From a virus, in the IMG/VR virus record IMGVR_UViG_3300022699_000232, positions 10,288 through 74,287 of that record: 64,000 bases of DNA. One strand, written 5' to 3'. Under the pieces are notes generated by a model. That model was given only the letters and a program-made list of their open reading frames with translations. It ran no database searches and was not told the origin of the DNA. Shown one piece after another: positions 54,336 through 63,413 of the stretch (position 1 is its first letter; the number at the start of each line of letters is the position of its first letter). Both the position numbers and the translations under genes were made by a program.

Positions 54336-54560
54336 ATGATCCCGGAGCGTACCCCCCTTCTTCTGGAGCGACGCCATCGTCAGTGGCGTAAGCGTAAGAA
54401 GAAGCTGATCGACCGTGTTCGCAAGCCGCAGAAGAAGCTGCCACCTTCTTATCGGCGCACGACGCGTTCCATGGATCTTCCGACCTTCACTCCTCGTGTT
54501 GGCAGCCTTGCGGGTGCTTTTGGGCCGACTAGTGTCGGCGGGATCATGCGGCACTCATGA
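54336..54560 (+). CDS. Small highly basic protein, candidate internal head protein
   Basis: MIPERTPLLLE then RRHRQWRKRKKK; ATGA overlap with the next gene. Confidence 0.6.
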   Translation: MIPERTPLLLERRHRQWRKRKKKLIDRVRKPQKKLPPSYRRTTRSMDLPTFTPRVGSLAGAFGPTSVGGIMRHS

Positions 54561-54910
54561 ACCGGACACCGCTGCTCCTAGAGACTCTGACGACGCGCCA
54601 GACGACGCGATCCGGTCCGGTCTACTTGTTTCGCAGACCTGCTGGACCGCCCGTCACGAATGACGTCTACATCGACCGCTGGCTGCACGAAACGGGGCAG
54701 AAGTTCGACTTCACGCCGCTTTTCAATGGCGATCAGATGCAAGCTCGTACCGTTGCTCAGGGTTACATCAAGCATCTGAAGGATCAGGCTAAGAAGGACG
54801 GAATGGACTGGGATGTGATCTCACGACGTTTGAAGGAGATCAGCCCCCACATTCTTCGCAGCCTGCGAACCTTCCACTCGTACTTCGACGCGCGCTTGAA
54901 GACAAGCTGA
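54557..54910 (+). CDS. Small protein with the same RTPLLLE leader
   Basis: MNRTPLLLETL...; translationally coupled on both sides. Confidence 0.65.
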   Translation: MNRTPLLLETLTTRQTTRSGPVYLFRRPAGPPVTNDVYIDRWLHETGQKFDFTPLFNGDQMQARTVAQGYIKHLKDQAKKDGMDWDVISRRLKEISPHILRSLRTFHSYFDARLKTS

Positions 54911-55596
54911 TGCTGACAGGCGATGCGGTCGTTGCGACTCTCCGGGGCACCGAATTCGTAGCTGATCTAGCTGATCGCGGCCCGACAAAGATCTTCACCT
55001 GGGATGGTGATCGCATCACCATCGGCGAAATCGAAGTCGGCGAAACCCAAACACAGATTTCCTACGCGCTCGATCTCGACGATGGAAATACCTTGCGGGT
55101 TTCGTCGGAGACGATGGTGCTGCTCCGCAATGGCGCACCGCGTTACCCAGAACAACTCGAAGAGGATACCTCGCTGCTACCCCTCTACTTCAAGTTCGAC
55201 GGGGATAACTATACGCTCTACCGACAGGTTGGCGACTGGAGAAAAGGCGCTCTAACTACCCGTGATTCATACGGTTGGCGACGTCTAAGCCGCATGATCG
55301 CCGAGTGGAAGATGGGGCGTAGATGCCAGCCAGGCGACGTCGTTTCGTTTGTCGACGGTAACCGTACCAATCACGATCCCGAGAACATCAAGGTCAGCCA
55401 GAAGCGCCCGAGAAAGCCGAAGCGGAAACAGAAGTTCGCCGAGCCGGTCTTCAAGGCACACGAGTTCATCAGGAAGCACAACCACAAACTCGTGCAGGTG
55501 CGCCTTGACACAAGTACCGATTTGTTCTCGATTAGAGGGTTAGACGGAGCTAACCTAGCCGTTAACGGTATCTTCGTCTCCGTAGACACGGAGTAG
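54910..55596 (+). CDS. Free-standing degenerate intein-like (Hint plus HNH-like) protein
   Basis: MLTGDAVVAT (block A), LDLDDGNTLRVSSETMVL (block B), SRMIAE...GDVVSFVDGNRTNHDPENI (HNH-like), NHKLVQV...DLFSI...NLAVNGIFV (blocks F/G). Confidence 0.78.
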   Translation: MLTGDAVVATLRGTEFVADLADRGPTKIFTWDGDRITIGEIEVGETQTQISYALDLDDGNTLRVSSETMVLLRNGAPRYPEQLEEDTSLLPLYFKFDGDNYTLYRQVGDWRKGALTTRDSYGWRRLSRMIAEWKMGRRCQPGDVVSFVDGNRTNHDPENIKVSQKRPRKPKRKQKFAEPVFKAHEFIRKHNHKLVQVRLDTSTDLFSIRGLDGANLAVNGIFVSVDTE

Positions 55597-55599
55597 TTT

Positions 55600-58500
55600 G
55601 TGGCAATCAGAGATCGAGCCCTCAAGGCCCTCCGCCGCGTCTTTGGTGACGAGCGAGATGCTCGCGAAGCGGCTGAATCTCCTAGTGGAGACGCGCTTCA
55701 ACACGCTCCCTCGTCGACCTACGCGATCTGGGGTCGCGAAGACATCGGCGGGCTCCTCTCTGTTTCGCAGAACCTCATGGATCGCTACGCGGACTATGAG
55801 GCGATGAACGACTACCCGGACATTCGCTGTTTCACCGGCGAGATGAAGGTCTACATCTACAACGAGGATACGAAGGTCATCGAGCCGAAGACCATCCTGG
55901 AACTCGCCCGGGAGGGCGATGGTCTTCAGATCTTGGCGTTCGATACCAAGAAGAAGATCATCACGAAGGTCGCGGCCGAGAATCCTAGGATCTCCGGGAG
56001 AAACGCCGAGGTTGTTCGAATCAACCTCTCAAACGGCGAGCACCTGCGTGTGACGCCTGACCACAAGATTCTGGTTGTAGAGTCTCAGGGCGCAAAGCCT
56101 GAGTCGTACGTAGAGGCGAAGGATCTCAAGAAGGGCGACCTTCTCGTCGGAACACGGGCCGGTTTCTCGACCGCTGCGAAGTCGCTGCTCACTGTCAATC
56201 GGACTGGCGGCGTGCGCGTCGAAGAGGATCCGCTTCCTGACGGTCGAGAGACCGTTTTCGATGTCACGACCTCGACGCACAACTTGATCGTCAACGGTGT
56301 GGTTTGCCACAACTCGGCTTTCCACTACTTCGCCAACGACGCGACCCAACCCAACATGGATAACGGGCGTGTCGTCTGGGTGCAGTCCAACGACGAAGCG
56401 GTCGTTGACATGGCTGATACGCTCATCAAGCGGCGGCTTCGTCTCGAAGACGATCTCTTCTCCATCGCCTACACGCTTGCGCAGTACGGCAACGACTTCG
56501 AAGAAGTGCTCGTCAATGATAACGGTGTCGTGGGCCTCAACAATCTCGCTGCGCCCACCATGCGTCGTGTCGAGAAGTTGAACGGCAGCCTCATCGGCTA
56601 CGTCCAGGACGTGACTGGTCGATTCACGGCGAACCAAGACGAACTTCGCCGAATGCTCGCCGGTAGCATGGAGATTCCCAAGCACGTCGCGCTCTTCGAG
56701 GACTGGCAGGTCTGCCACTTCCGTTCACGTTCTACGACGCGTAGATCGCCCTACGGTGTCAGCGTCGCCGAGGGAGCCAGGTGGATCTGGAAGCGTCTCG
56801 TGATGCTCGAAGACGCCGTGATGATCTACAAGCTCTGCCTTCGTGGTGACTCGCAGATCTGGACGCCTGAGGGACGCAAGGCAATTGCTGACCTGAAGGA
56901 AGGGGATGAGGTCTACTCCTATACGACCGCTGACAAGCTGAAGAGGACCAAGGTCGTCTACAAGAAGCACAACGGTCAAGACACGATCTACCGCGTCTAC
57001 AGCGATCATCGAGAGTTCTTCGCCAACAAGACGCACCCAGTTCTTGTCGAGACTGTTGTCGGTCAAGGCAGTGGTCGCCCCAGGATTCGTCGCCTCGACT
57101 ACGTTGAGGTTCAGGATCTCAAGCCGGGCGTTCACCGTCTTGTAACACCGAAGAAGAACGCCAACGACTGGGAGGAGATTCGGCTTCGTAAGCCTCTGTT
57201 GCACTCCAAGGCGAGGCTGGTGCGACACGACGAGGTCACTCGGTCACTCAGCTACCCGCAGATCGCCAAGGAAGTCGGTGTCCATCACTACCGGGCACGA
57301 TATTTCTTTGGGGGCGACTACGAACTGAAGACCGACACCGCAGTCGCACTCTTGGAGAGTAACGGCTACGACCAGCCTGAGGATCTCCTAGAGATCGAAG
57401 AACACTGGGGAGGCGAGCGCGGCGTGCCCGTAAAGGGCGTGACTCCACCTGAGACGGTTACCGAGGATTTCGCCCGGTGGTGGGGCTTCATGCTGGGCGA
57501 TGGGTTCATTACAACGCGTCAGCACAAGCAGCGCGCCGGTCACACCAAGGCGCACACCGCTCAGAACGAGGTTGGATTCGCGCTCGGTGCGGACGACAAG
57601 GTGAACGCCTACTACAAGGCGCTGTTCGATCAGTGGGCCGCCGACGTCAAGTTGGTCGGCGATACCGGTCACCGCTTCGGTGCTTACACCTTTGTGTCCT
57701 CCAAGTTTGCGGAGTTCATGACGCTCAACGGTTTCATTCCGGGTGCGCATCACAAGCGGTTGCCCGAATGGATCTATCGAGCGCACCCCAAGATCAAGCT
57801 CGCGATGATCCGTGGGTTCGCAGATGCGAACGCTCACATCAAGCCGCGTAGTGTCAGCCAAGTTCGTCGTCGAGTACGTCACGAAGTCGCACGGTTCGAG
57901 GTGTGCAACAAGGCACTACTTGAAGACCTCCGCGAACTGGCCATGCAGCTTGGGCTCACCGTCACGTTCATCCGCGAGCGTGAGCGCAAGGGTGGGCGGA
58001 CCATCAAGGGGTCGAAGAAGCCTCTGCCTGCCCGCACGTCCTACTGCATGGACATCTCCTACAAGCCGCAGCCGATGACGGAAGTGCTCCGTGGCGTTGA
58101 GGAGATCGAGACAGACGACATCTGGGACATCGGTGTAGAAGCGGACGAACACAACTTCATCACCGATGGGTGCGTCGTTCACAACACCCGCAGCCCTGCG
58201 CGTTATGCCTTCTACGTGGACGTCACCGACGTTCCCGCGAATCGCGTTGAGAGCTTCCTCAAGCGCGCAAAGCGGGATCTCAAGAAGAAGAAGTCGGTCA
58301 ACCCGAACAACAACTTCCTCGACATGCGGTACAACCCGCTTGCGAACGACGAGGATTTCTTCATCGCAGTTCGTGATGGACGGGCGCTCTCGCGAGTGGA
58401 AGTCCTGTCTGGCCCGGACTACCAGAACACCGACGACGTCGAGTATTTTCAGCGCAAGCTTCACGGCGCGCTGATGGTTCCGCGCGCCTACTTGGGGCAG

Positions 58501-59292
58501 GATGCTCCGATCCAAGGTCGTGCCATCCTCTCCAACGAGGACGTACGTGCGGCGCGCGTTAGCCTTCAACTTCAGAAGGAACTGAAGCTCGGCGTCGAGC
58601 AGTTGATCCGCACGGATCTGGCGGCTCGCCGCCATCCGAACCCGTGGGCCATTCCGTTCGACGTCATGATGACCGTCCCCTCGAACATCTACGAGTTGGC
58701 GGCCATGGAAGTGAAGAACGCCCGAGCGGACTTCGCGGCTCGTACCCAGCCCTACATGTCGATGCACTGGCTGCTGGAGAATGTCTTCAAGCTCTCCGAC
58801 GACGAGATCCGACAGATCGAGAAGCAGCGCCGTCGGGAAGCCTCGATGGCCGACAAGATGGGGATGGATCCGTCCTTTGCTCCGTTCACGGGTGGTCGTC
58901 CACCTGAGATGGATGAGCAGCCTCCGCCTGAGGGTCAGCCCCCCGGAGAGCAACCGCAGGGGTTGGAGCAGGTTCCTCCGCAAGGGTTGGAGCAGGTTCC
59001 GCCTCAGGGACTTGAGGAGGTCCCTCCGCCCAAGGGTGCTCCCATGGCTGCGTGGCGCGCCTACGACCGTCGCCAGCGTCTAGAGGAGCGTCGTCATCGC
59101 GAGTCCCGGAGAAACCATCAGCAGTTGGTGGACATGATCGGTACTCTCCGGGAAAACGATGCTAACTTCGCTCGACGGTTGGAAGAAACATCGGCTTTCC
59201 TTCGAGAGTTCAAGGAAGCGGCTCTGAAGAAGAGCAATGGCCGTCTAATGGCCGTCCCGTCTGCATCTACCCCAACTTCCCCTCGACGGTAA
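55600..59292 (+). CDS. gp20: T4-like portal protein containing two inteins (1230-aa precursor, about 618 aa spliced)
   Basis: Joined exteins give YPDIR|SAFHYFANDAT and LVMLEDAVMIYKL|TRSPARYAFYVDV; EDFFIAVRDG and DDVEYFQRKLHGALMVPRAYL match T4 gp20 motifs. Confidence 0.93.
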   Translation: MAIRDRALKALRRVFGDERDAREAAESPSGDALQHAPSSTYAIWGREDIGGLLSVSQNLMDRYADYEAMNDYPDIRCFTGEMKVYIYNEDTKVIEPKTILELAREGDGLQILAFDTKKKIITKVAAENPRISGRNAEVVRINLSNGEHLRVTPDHKILVVESQGAKPESYVEAKDLKKGDLLVGTRAGFSTAAKSLLTVNRTGGVRVEEDPLPDGRETVFDVTTSTHNLIVNGVVCHNSAFHYFANDATQPNMDNGRVVWVQSNDEAVVDMADTLIKRRLRLEDDLFSIAYTLAQYGNDFEEVLVNDNGVVGLNNLAAPTMRRVEKLNGSLIGYVQDVTGRFTANQDELRRMLAGSMEIPKHVALFEDWQVCHFRSRSTTRRSPYGVSVAEGARWIWKRLVMLEDAVMIYKLCLRGDSQIWTPEGRKAIADLKEGDEVYSYTTADKLKRTKVVYKKHNGQDTIYRVYSDHREFFANKTHPVLVETVVGQGSGRPRIRRLDYVEVQDLKPGVHRLVTPKKNANDWEEIRLRKPLLHSKARLVRHDEVTRSLSYPQIAKEVGVHHYRARYFFGGDYELKTDTAVALLESNGYDQPEDLLEIEEHWGGERGVPVKGVTPPETVTEDFARWWGFMLGDGFITTRQHKQRAGHTKAHTAQNEVGFALGADDKVNAYYKALFDQWAADVKLVGDTGHRFGAYTFVSSKFAEFMTLNGFIPGAHHKRLPEWIYRAHPKIKLAMIRGFADANAHIKPRSVSQVRRRVRHEVARFEVCNKALLEDLRELAMQLGLTVTFIRERERKGGRTIKGSKKPLPARTSYCMDISYKPQPMTEVLRGVEEIETDDIWDIGVEADEHNFITDGCVVHNTRSPARYAFYVDVTDVPANRVESFLKRAKRDLKKKKSVNPNNNFLDMRYNPLANDEDFFIAVRDGRALSRVEVLSGPDYQNTDDVEYFQRKLHGALMVPRAYLGQDAPIQGRAILSNEDVRAARVSLQLQKELKLGVEQLIRTDLAARRHPNPWAIPFDVMMTVPSNIYELAAMEVKNARADFAARTQPYMSMHWLLENVFKLSDDEIRQIEKQRRREASMADKMGMDPSFAPFTGGRPPEMDEQPPPEGQPPGEQPQGLEQVPPQGLEQVPPQGLEEVPPPKGAPMAAWRAYDRRQRLEERRHRESRRNHQQLVDMIGTLRENDANFARRLEETSAFLREFKEAALKKSNGRLMAVPSASTPTSPRR
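55828..56313 (+). mobile_element. Mini-intein (162 aa, no endonuclease)
   Basis: CFTGE start, VTPDHKI block B, VFDVT...HNLIVNG block F, VCHN followed by Ser+1. Confidence 0.93.
56836..58185 (+). mobile_element. Intein with LAGLIDADG homing-endonuclease domain (450 aa)
   Basis: CLRGD start, NKTHPVL, WWGFMLGDG (block C), MIRGFADANA (block E), IWDIGV...HNFITDG, VVHN followed by Thr+1. Confidence 0.93.
58957..59028 (+). repeat. 24-nt tandem repeat x3 in the portal C-terminal tail (QGLE[QE]VPP)
   Basis: caggggttggagcaggttcctccg / caagggttggagcaggttccgcct / cagggacttgaggaggtccctccg. Confidence 0.85.
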
Positions 59293-59337
59293 AAGCAGGG
59301 AAAAGTCAGAAACTTCCCGTTTACCTTCCGAAAGCAG

Positions 59338-59377
59338 TTGACGGGTATAAATGTAGACCGTAAACCTAGTAACTAGG
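59338..59377 (+). promoter_or_regulatory. Candidate promoter for head genes
   Basis: AT-richer 100-nt gap with TTGACG, TATAAAT (7 of 8 matches to the T4 late promoter TATAAATA) and a CCTAG-TAA-CTAGG mini-hairpin. Confidence 0.35.
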
Positions 59378-59392
59378 GAACGGAACTTCTCC

Positions 59393-60226
59393 ATGGCAGT
59401 CGTCCTCAAGAGTCAAGTCGTCGATCACCTGCGCGCCGCGCGCGCTGCGGACGACACCCTGGCAAAGCTCCAGGAAAACTCGTGGGAGAATCAGAGGAAG
59501 TCTCTGGTAAGACTCGTGGAGTCTGCGAACTGGCGGCACGGGCCCGCAGAACTTCTCGCTACCTTTGACCACCACCTGATCGCGAAGTCGCCGTCGGGCG
59601 ACGTTGTTCAGGTCGAGTGGTCGCGTGACGGTGAGGGTGAATTCCATCTAGGACGCGCCAACGTCTACGAGTCGGCCACCCCCGTCTCTGACGTCGGTCA
59701 CGAGGTCATGGAGACGGCCCTTGCGGCCGTTGACCGCATCCTCGACGAGGATGTCGAGGGCGTTACACCCATGCTTGCCTCTGTCACAGAGGCGCTCGAC
59801 GCTGGCGGGGATCTCCAGCGCCGCATCACAAACGAGGTTGAGGTTAGAAACCTCTCGCGCGACGCCTGGTGGCACCCGGTCGTCGGACTTCGCGAAGGCG
59901 TTGAAGAGCAGATCCCTGAGCCGAACCTGGGGGATGTCCAGCAGTCGGCTACCGACCTGCTCGCCTTCTTGAAGGAGCAGACGGCTTCTCTCTCCCTCAC
60001 GGCCCGACAACTCGACGGTGTCGATTCCTCAATCGAGGTCGAGACGCTGGCGCGCGATATCGCTGAAGACCTTGAGCGCGCTGTGTCCGCGCTGGTCAAT
60101 GTCGACCGCCGCCAAGATGACGAGGTCACCAAGATCTACGAGGCGGTGGTCTCGGCGGCACCCAAGCTGTTGAGCGGCATCGCGTTCCTGAACGAACTCA
60201 CTTCCAGCGCGGACGAGACCGCTTAG
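59393..60226 (+). CDS. Head-module hypothetical protein
   Basis: Between portal and protease; helical and acidic. Confidence 0.7.
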   Translation: MAVVLKSQVVDHLRAARAADDTLAKLQENSWENQRKSLVRLVESANWRHGPAELLATFDHHLIAKSPSGDVVQVEWSRDGEGEFHLGRANVYESATPVSDVGHEVMETALAAVDRILDEDVEGVTPMLASVTEALDAGGDLQRRITNEVEVRNLSRDAWWHPVVGLREGVEEQIPEPNLGDVQQSATDLLAFLKEQTASLSLTARQLDGVDSSIEVETLARDIAEDLERAVSALVNVDRRQDDEVTKIYEAVVSAAPKLLSGIAFLNELTSSADETA

Positions 60227-60259
60227 ATAACGGTCCACGAGGACGAGTAGGAGACAACC

Positions 60260-61468
60260 ATGATGCTTCCCGCCCAGGGACCGACTAGCACGCTCACTGA
60301 GGACATGGCCGCTCTGTTTGGCGACCCCAAGGACGACAAGAGCGCGTCGTCGCTGACCGAGGAGAAGGGTCCCAGCACCAATCCGCCTCAGCACAAGGAG
60401 CCCGACGACAAGGGTGGTGACTACGCGGGCCCCCCTGGCGACAAGCATCCCCGCGATCCGGGCGGCGATGTTGAACTTCCAGACGGAGCCGACAAGAAGG
60501 GCAAGAACGCCGGCCCCTACAGCTACGTGCCTGTGCGCAGCAGCGAGAACGTCGGGCCCGATGGGAAGTACGCCAAGGGCCGTGGCGGTTCCAAGAACGA
60601 GCACCTGGAGCAGGTCAACAACAAGATGGTCCCGCAGTTCCTCATTCCCGACCCGCAGGAGGTCGCCGAGGAGGAGCAGCGCGAGGCTCAGCAGATCGAA
60701 GAGGACCAGTTGGTCCGCGCCTGGGAGGTCATCAACACCTACTTCAGCGAGGACGACGACGGTCTCAACGAGGAGGGTCTGCGTGGCGTCATCAACGCCA
60801 TGGGCTTCGCACTCAACTCGGCTGTCGAGGACATCGGCTCGCTCAAGTTCGAGAACGAGCGCCTGACCGAGGCCGTGAACGACCTGAACGGTCTGCTCAA
60901 GGAGGCCGAGCTTCACGAGGGCTCCTACAACGGCAACGTCAACGACAAGGGCAACGGCAAGAAGGGCTACGAGGACTACGCCGACTACGCCAAGAAGATG
61001 GGCAAGAAGGACGACGACGAGGACGAGGACGAGGATGAGGATGAGGACGAGGGCAAGGAAGAGTCGCGCCGGGCTCGTGCCAACCTCACCGAGGACGACG
61101 ACCTCAACGCCCTTCTCGACGAGGTCTCCAGCATCGGCAACAGCCCCGAGCGCGAGGCGCTCGACACGCAGGCTGGTCTGGTCGAGGGCTACGAGAAGAT
61201 CGTCAAGAACGCCGGCGACCTCACTGAGCGGATCATCGGCGTGATTCGCGACGACGCTGGTCTCTCCGAGGACGACGAACTCGACCTCGACGAGGACAAC
61301 GACCGCGTCAAGCTCGCGCGCTTCTTCTACAGCATCGCCGAGGACGCCGAGAACTACCTCGCGCGTCTGGCCGAGGGCGAGGTCGCCTTCCGAGTCGCCG
61401 AGGAGGATCTCGCGCGCCTGAACGAGGACATCCGCAAGGGCATCGAAGCGATGCACGAGGTCGAGTAG
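60260..61468 (+). CDS. Acidic prohead core/scaffold-like protein
   Basis: Very D/E-rich with many L-x-E sites; position matches T4 prohead core genes; TAGGAG RBS. Confidence 0.7.
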   Translation: MMLPAQGPTSTLTEDMAALFGDPKDDKSASSLTEEKGPSTNPPQHKEPDDKGGDYAGPPGDKHPRDPGGDVELPDGADKKGKNAGPYSYVPVRSSENVGPDGKYAKGRGGSKNEHLEQVNNKMVPQFLIPDPQEVAEEEQREAQQIEEDQLVRAWEVINTYFSEDDDGLNEEGLRGVINAMGFALNSAVEDIGSLKFENERLTEAVNDLNGLLKEAELHEGSYNGNVNDKGNGKKGYEDYADYAKKMGKKDDDEDEDEDEDEDEGKEESRRARANLTEDDDLNALLDEVSSIGNSPEREALDTQAGLVEGYEKIVKNAGDLTERIIGVIRDDAGLSEDDELDLDEDNDRVKLARFFYSIAEDAENYLARLAEGEVAFRVAEEDLARLNEDIRKGIEAMHEVE

Positions 61469-61522
61469 GCACGGTCGAGGAACGGTAGCCAGGTAACCCC
61501 GACTGAGTCTGGAGAACACCCC

Positions 61523-63397
61523 ATGACAGCCAAGACGATGAGCCCCATGATCGCAAAGCGGTTCGCCGCTGCTGCGAACTCACGGCGGCCTCTGGTCGAC
61601 AACATGCTGGTGGAGTCGGAAGGCTTCACTCAGATGCAGGTCTTGGAGGAAGAATCCAAGAACACCGGCTCTCTGGTGGTCGAGGGGAAGATCGGCGACT
61701 GCAATAGGCCGACCAAGAACAAGCGGTTCTACAGTCGCGGGATCATGGAGCGCGAGATCACGCGCCTTCAGCCCCGCATCAAGCAGCGGTCCCTCCTCGC
61801 CGCCGTGGATCACCCCACTGATGGCAAGTCGCGTATCCGCGAGGCCGGCGCCATCTGCGTCGGTCTCCGGATGGAGGACGACGGCACCATCTGGGGTCGC
61901 TACGAGATCGTCGAGGATTCGACCGGCGGCCACGACCTAGCTGCATTCCTGCGGCGGGGCGCAGCCTGCGGTATGTCCTCGCGCGGACTCGGGTCCACCA
62001 CCGTCAACATGGAGGGACACCACGTTGTCGGTGAAGACTTCCGCCTCCACGGCTTCGACTTCGTCGCCGACCCCGCCTGCGAAGATGCCTATCCCAGCCT
62101 CGTCTCCGAGGATGTGAGCGGTGAGCAGGTCACCGAGGACAGCCTTCGGGCGAATTTCGCGCCCCTGGTCGAGCAGATCGAGGATCGTGCTCGTCAGACT
62201 GGTGCTGAGATCGCCGAAGAGGATGTTCGCGAGCGTGTCGAGGAGGAGTTCAAGCAGGCTCTCGATGAGGCCGGCGAGAAGCTCCGAGAGGACATCAAGC
62301 TCCAGGTCGAGTCGGAGGTTCGTGAGAGCCTTCGGGCTGACTTCGCTACCAAGCTCGTCAAGGCGCTTCAGGAGCAGCGGGCCGATATCGAGGCTGTCGT
62401 TCGCTCCGAGCTTCTGTCCGATCCCTCTGTCGCAGGTGCCAAGCGCTTCGTTGAGGATCTCGCCCAGAAGCTCGTGCCTTACCAGCCGGCTCCCGATCAG
62501 CAGGTCGTCATGGACGGCTACGAGGAGAAGTTGGCCGAGCTTCGTGAGGGCGTCGAGGAAAGCCGTTCGGCTCTTCAGGAGAAGGAAGAGGCGATGCACG
62601 CGCTCCAGGAGCGCGTGACAGAGGCCGAGAAGAAGGCTCGCGAGTTCGGATTCAAGCTCTTCCTTGAGCGTCGCATCAGCGGTCACCCGCATGCGAAGTC
62701 GATCCGCGAGATGGTCGGTGACCCAACCGAGTTCAACACGGCCGAGGAGCTTCGCGACCACGTCGAGTCTGTGATCGAGCAGGTCGACGGTGCCTACGAG
62801 ACTGCTGAGGAGCAGGCTCAGCAGCGCCTCAAGCTCAAGGAGCACAAGGCTGAGTTGGCGACCCAGCGCGCCGCCGCCGCTTCGCAAGACCTGGAGACCC
62901 TGCGCTCCGAGATGACGAACAAGATCGAGAACCTCGGACGCCGGTTCACGCAGCAGCTTCGTGAGAAGGACGAAGTTCTCGCAGAGGCGGCCGACCACAT
63001 CGAGCGTCTGGAGTCGCAACTCGCGCAGACGCAGCGCCACGCAACTGAGGCCGATCTCTTCTCCTACGCAGCCCGCAGAACGGCTGGTCACCCTCGCGGC
63101 GCCGACATCATGTCGCTGGTCGAGAGTGGTCGCCTCACCTCCAAGGAAGAGGTGAAGCACCTCGCTGAGGAGTGGGATGCGGGTGCGCAGGAGCCTGGTG
63201 GCGCGAGTGAGCGGATCCGCCGGTCGTTGGGTCGAGGTCGGGAGACTCCCACCGAGACTGACCAGCAGCAGTTCACTCAACTCATGGAAGACCGTTCGCC
63301 CGTCCCGGGCCTGGAGGAGTTCGACGCCACCATGGGCGAACTCCGACATCTCGCTGGCATCAACCAAGACAGCTTCAACGGAAGAAGCCGTTTCTAA
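61523..63397 (+). CDS. gp21: T4 gp21-type prohead protease fused to a coiled-coil scaffold
   Basis: NKRFYSRGIMEREI, VDHP (His), GMSSRGLGS (Ser), FDFVADPA, followed by about 430 aa of Glu-rich coiled coil. Confidence 0.9.
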   Translation: MTAKTMSPMIAKRFAAAANSRRPLVDNMLVESEGFTQMQVLEEESKNTGSLVVEGKIGDCNRPTKNKRFYSRGIMEREITRLQPRIKQRSLLAAVDHPTDGKSRIREAGAICVGLRMEDDGTIWGRYEIVEDSTGGHDLAAFLRRGAACGMSSRGLGSTTVNMEGHHVVGEDFRLHGFDFVADPACEDAYPSLVSEDVSGEQVTEDSLRANFAPLVEQIEDRARQTGAEIAEEDVRERVEEEFKQALDEAGEKLREDIKLQVESEVRESLRADFATKLVKALQEQRADIEAVVRSELLSDPSVAGAKRFVEDLAQKLVPYQPAPDQQVVMDGYEEKLAELREGVEESRSALQEKEEAMHALQERVTEAEKKAREFGFKLFLERRISGHPHAKSIREMVGDPTEFNTAEELRDHVESVIEQVDGAYETAEEQAQQRLKLKEHKAELATQRAAAASQDLETLRSEMTNKIENLGRRFTQQLREKDEVLAEAADHIERLESQLAQTQRHATEADLFSYAARRTAGHPRGADIMSLVESGRLTSKEEVKHLAEEWDAGAQEPGGASERIRRSLGRGRETPTETDQQQFTQLMEDRSPVPGLEEFDATMGELRHLAGINQDSFNGRSRF

Positions 63398-63413
63398 GTA
63401 GGAGGGAACCCTC

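Noticed and set aside
8988-63397. TAG reassigned to an amino acid, since many TAG-ended genes are followed in frame by the next gene after 0, 3, 9 or 12 nt
   Set aside because: The same in-frame spacing occurs after TAA (14604, 26827, 33514, 35728, 37896). Conserved long genes are not fragmented under code 11, and downstream genes have their own RBS and paralog-matched N-termini.
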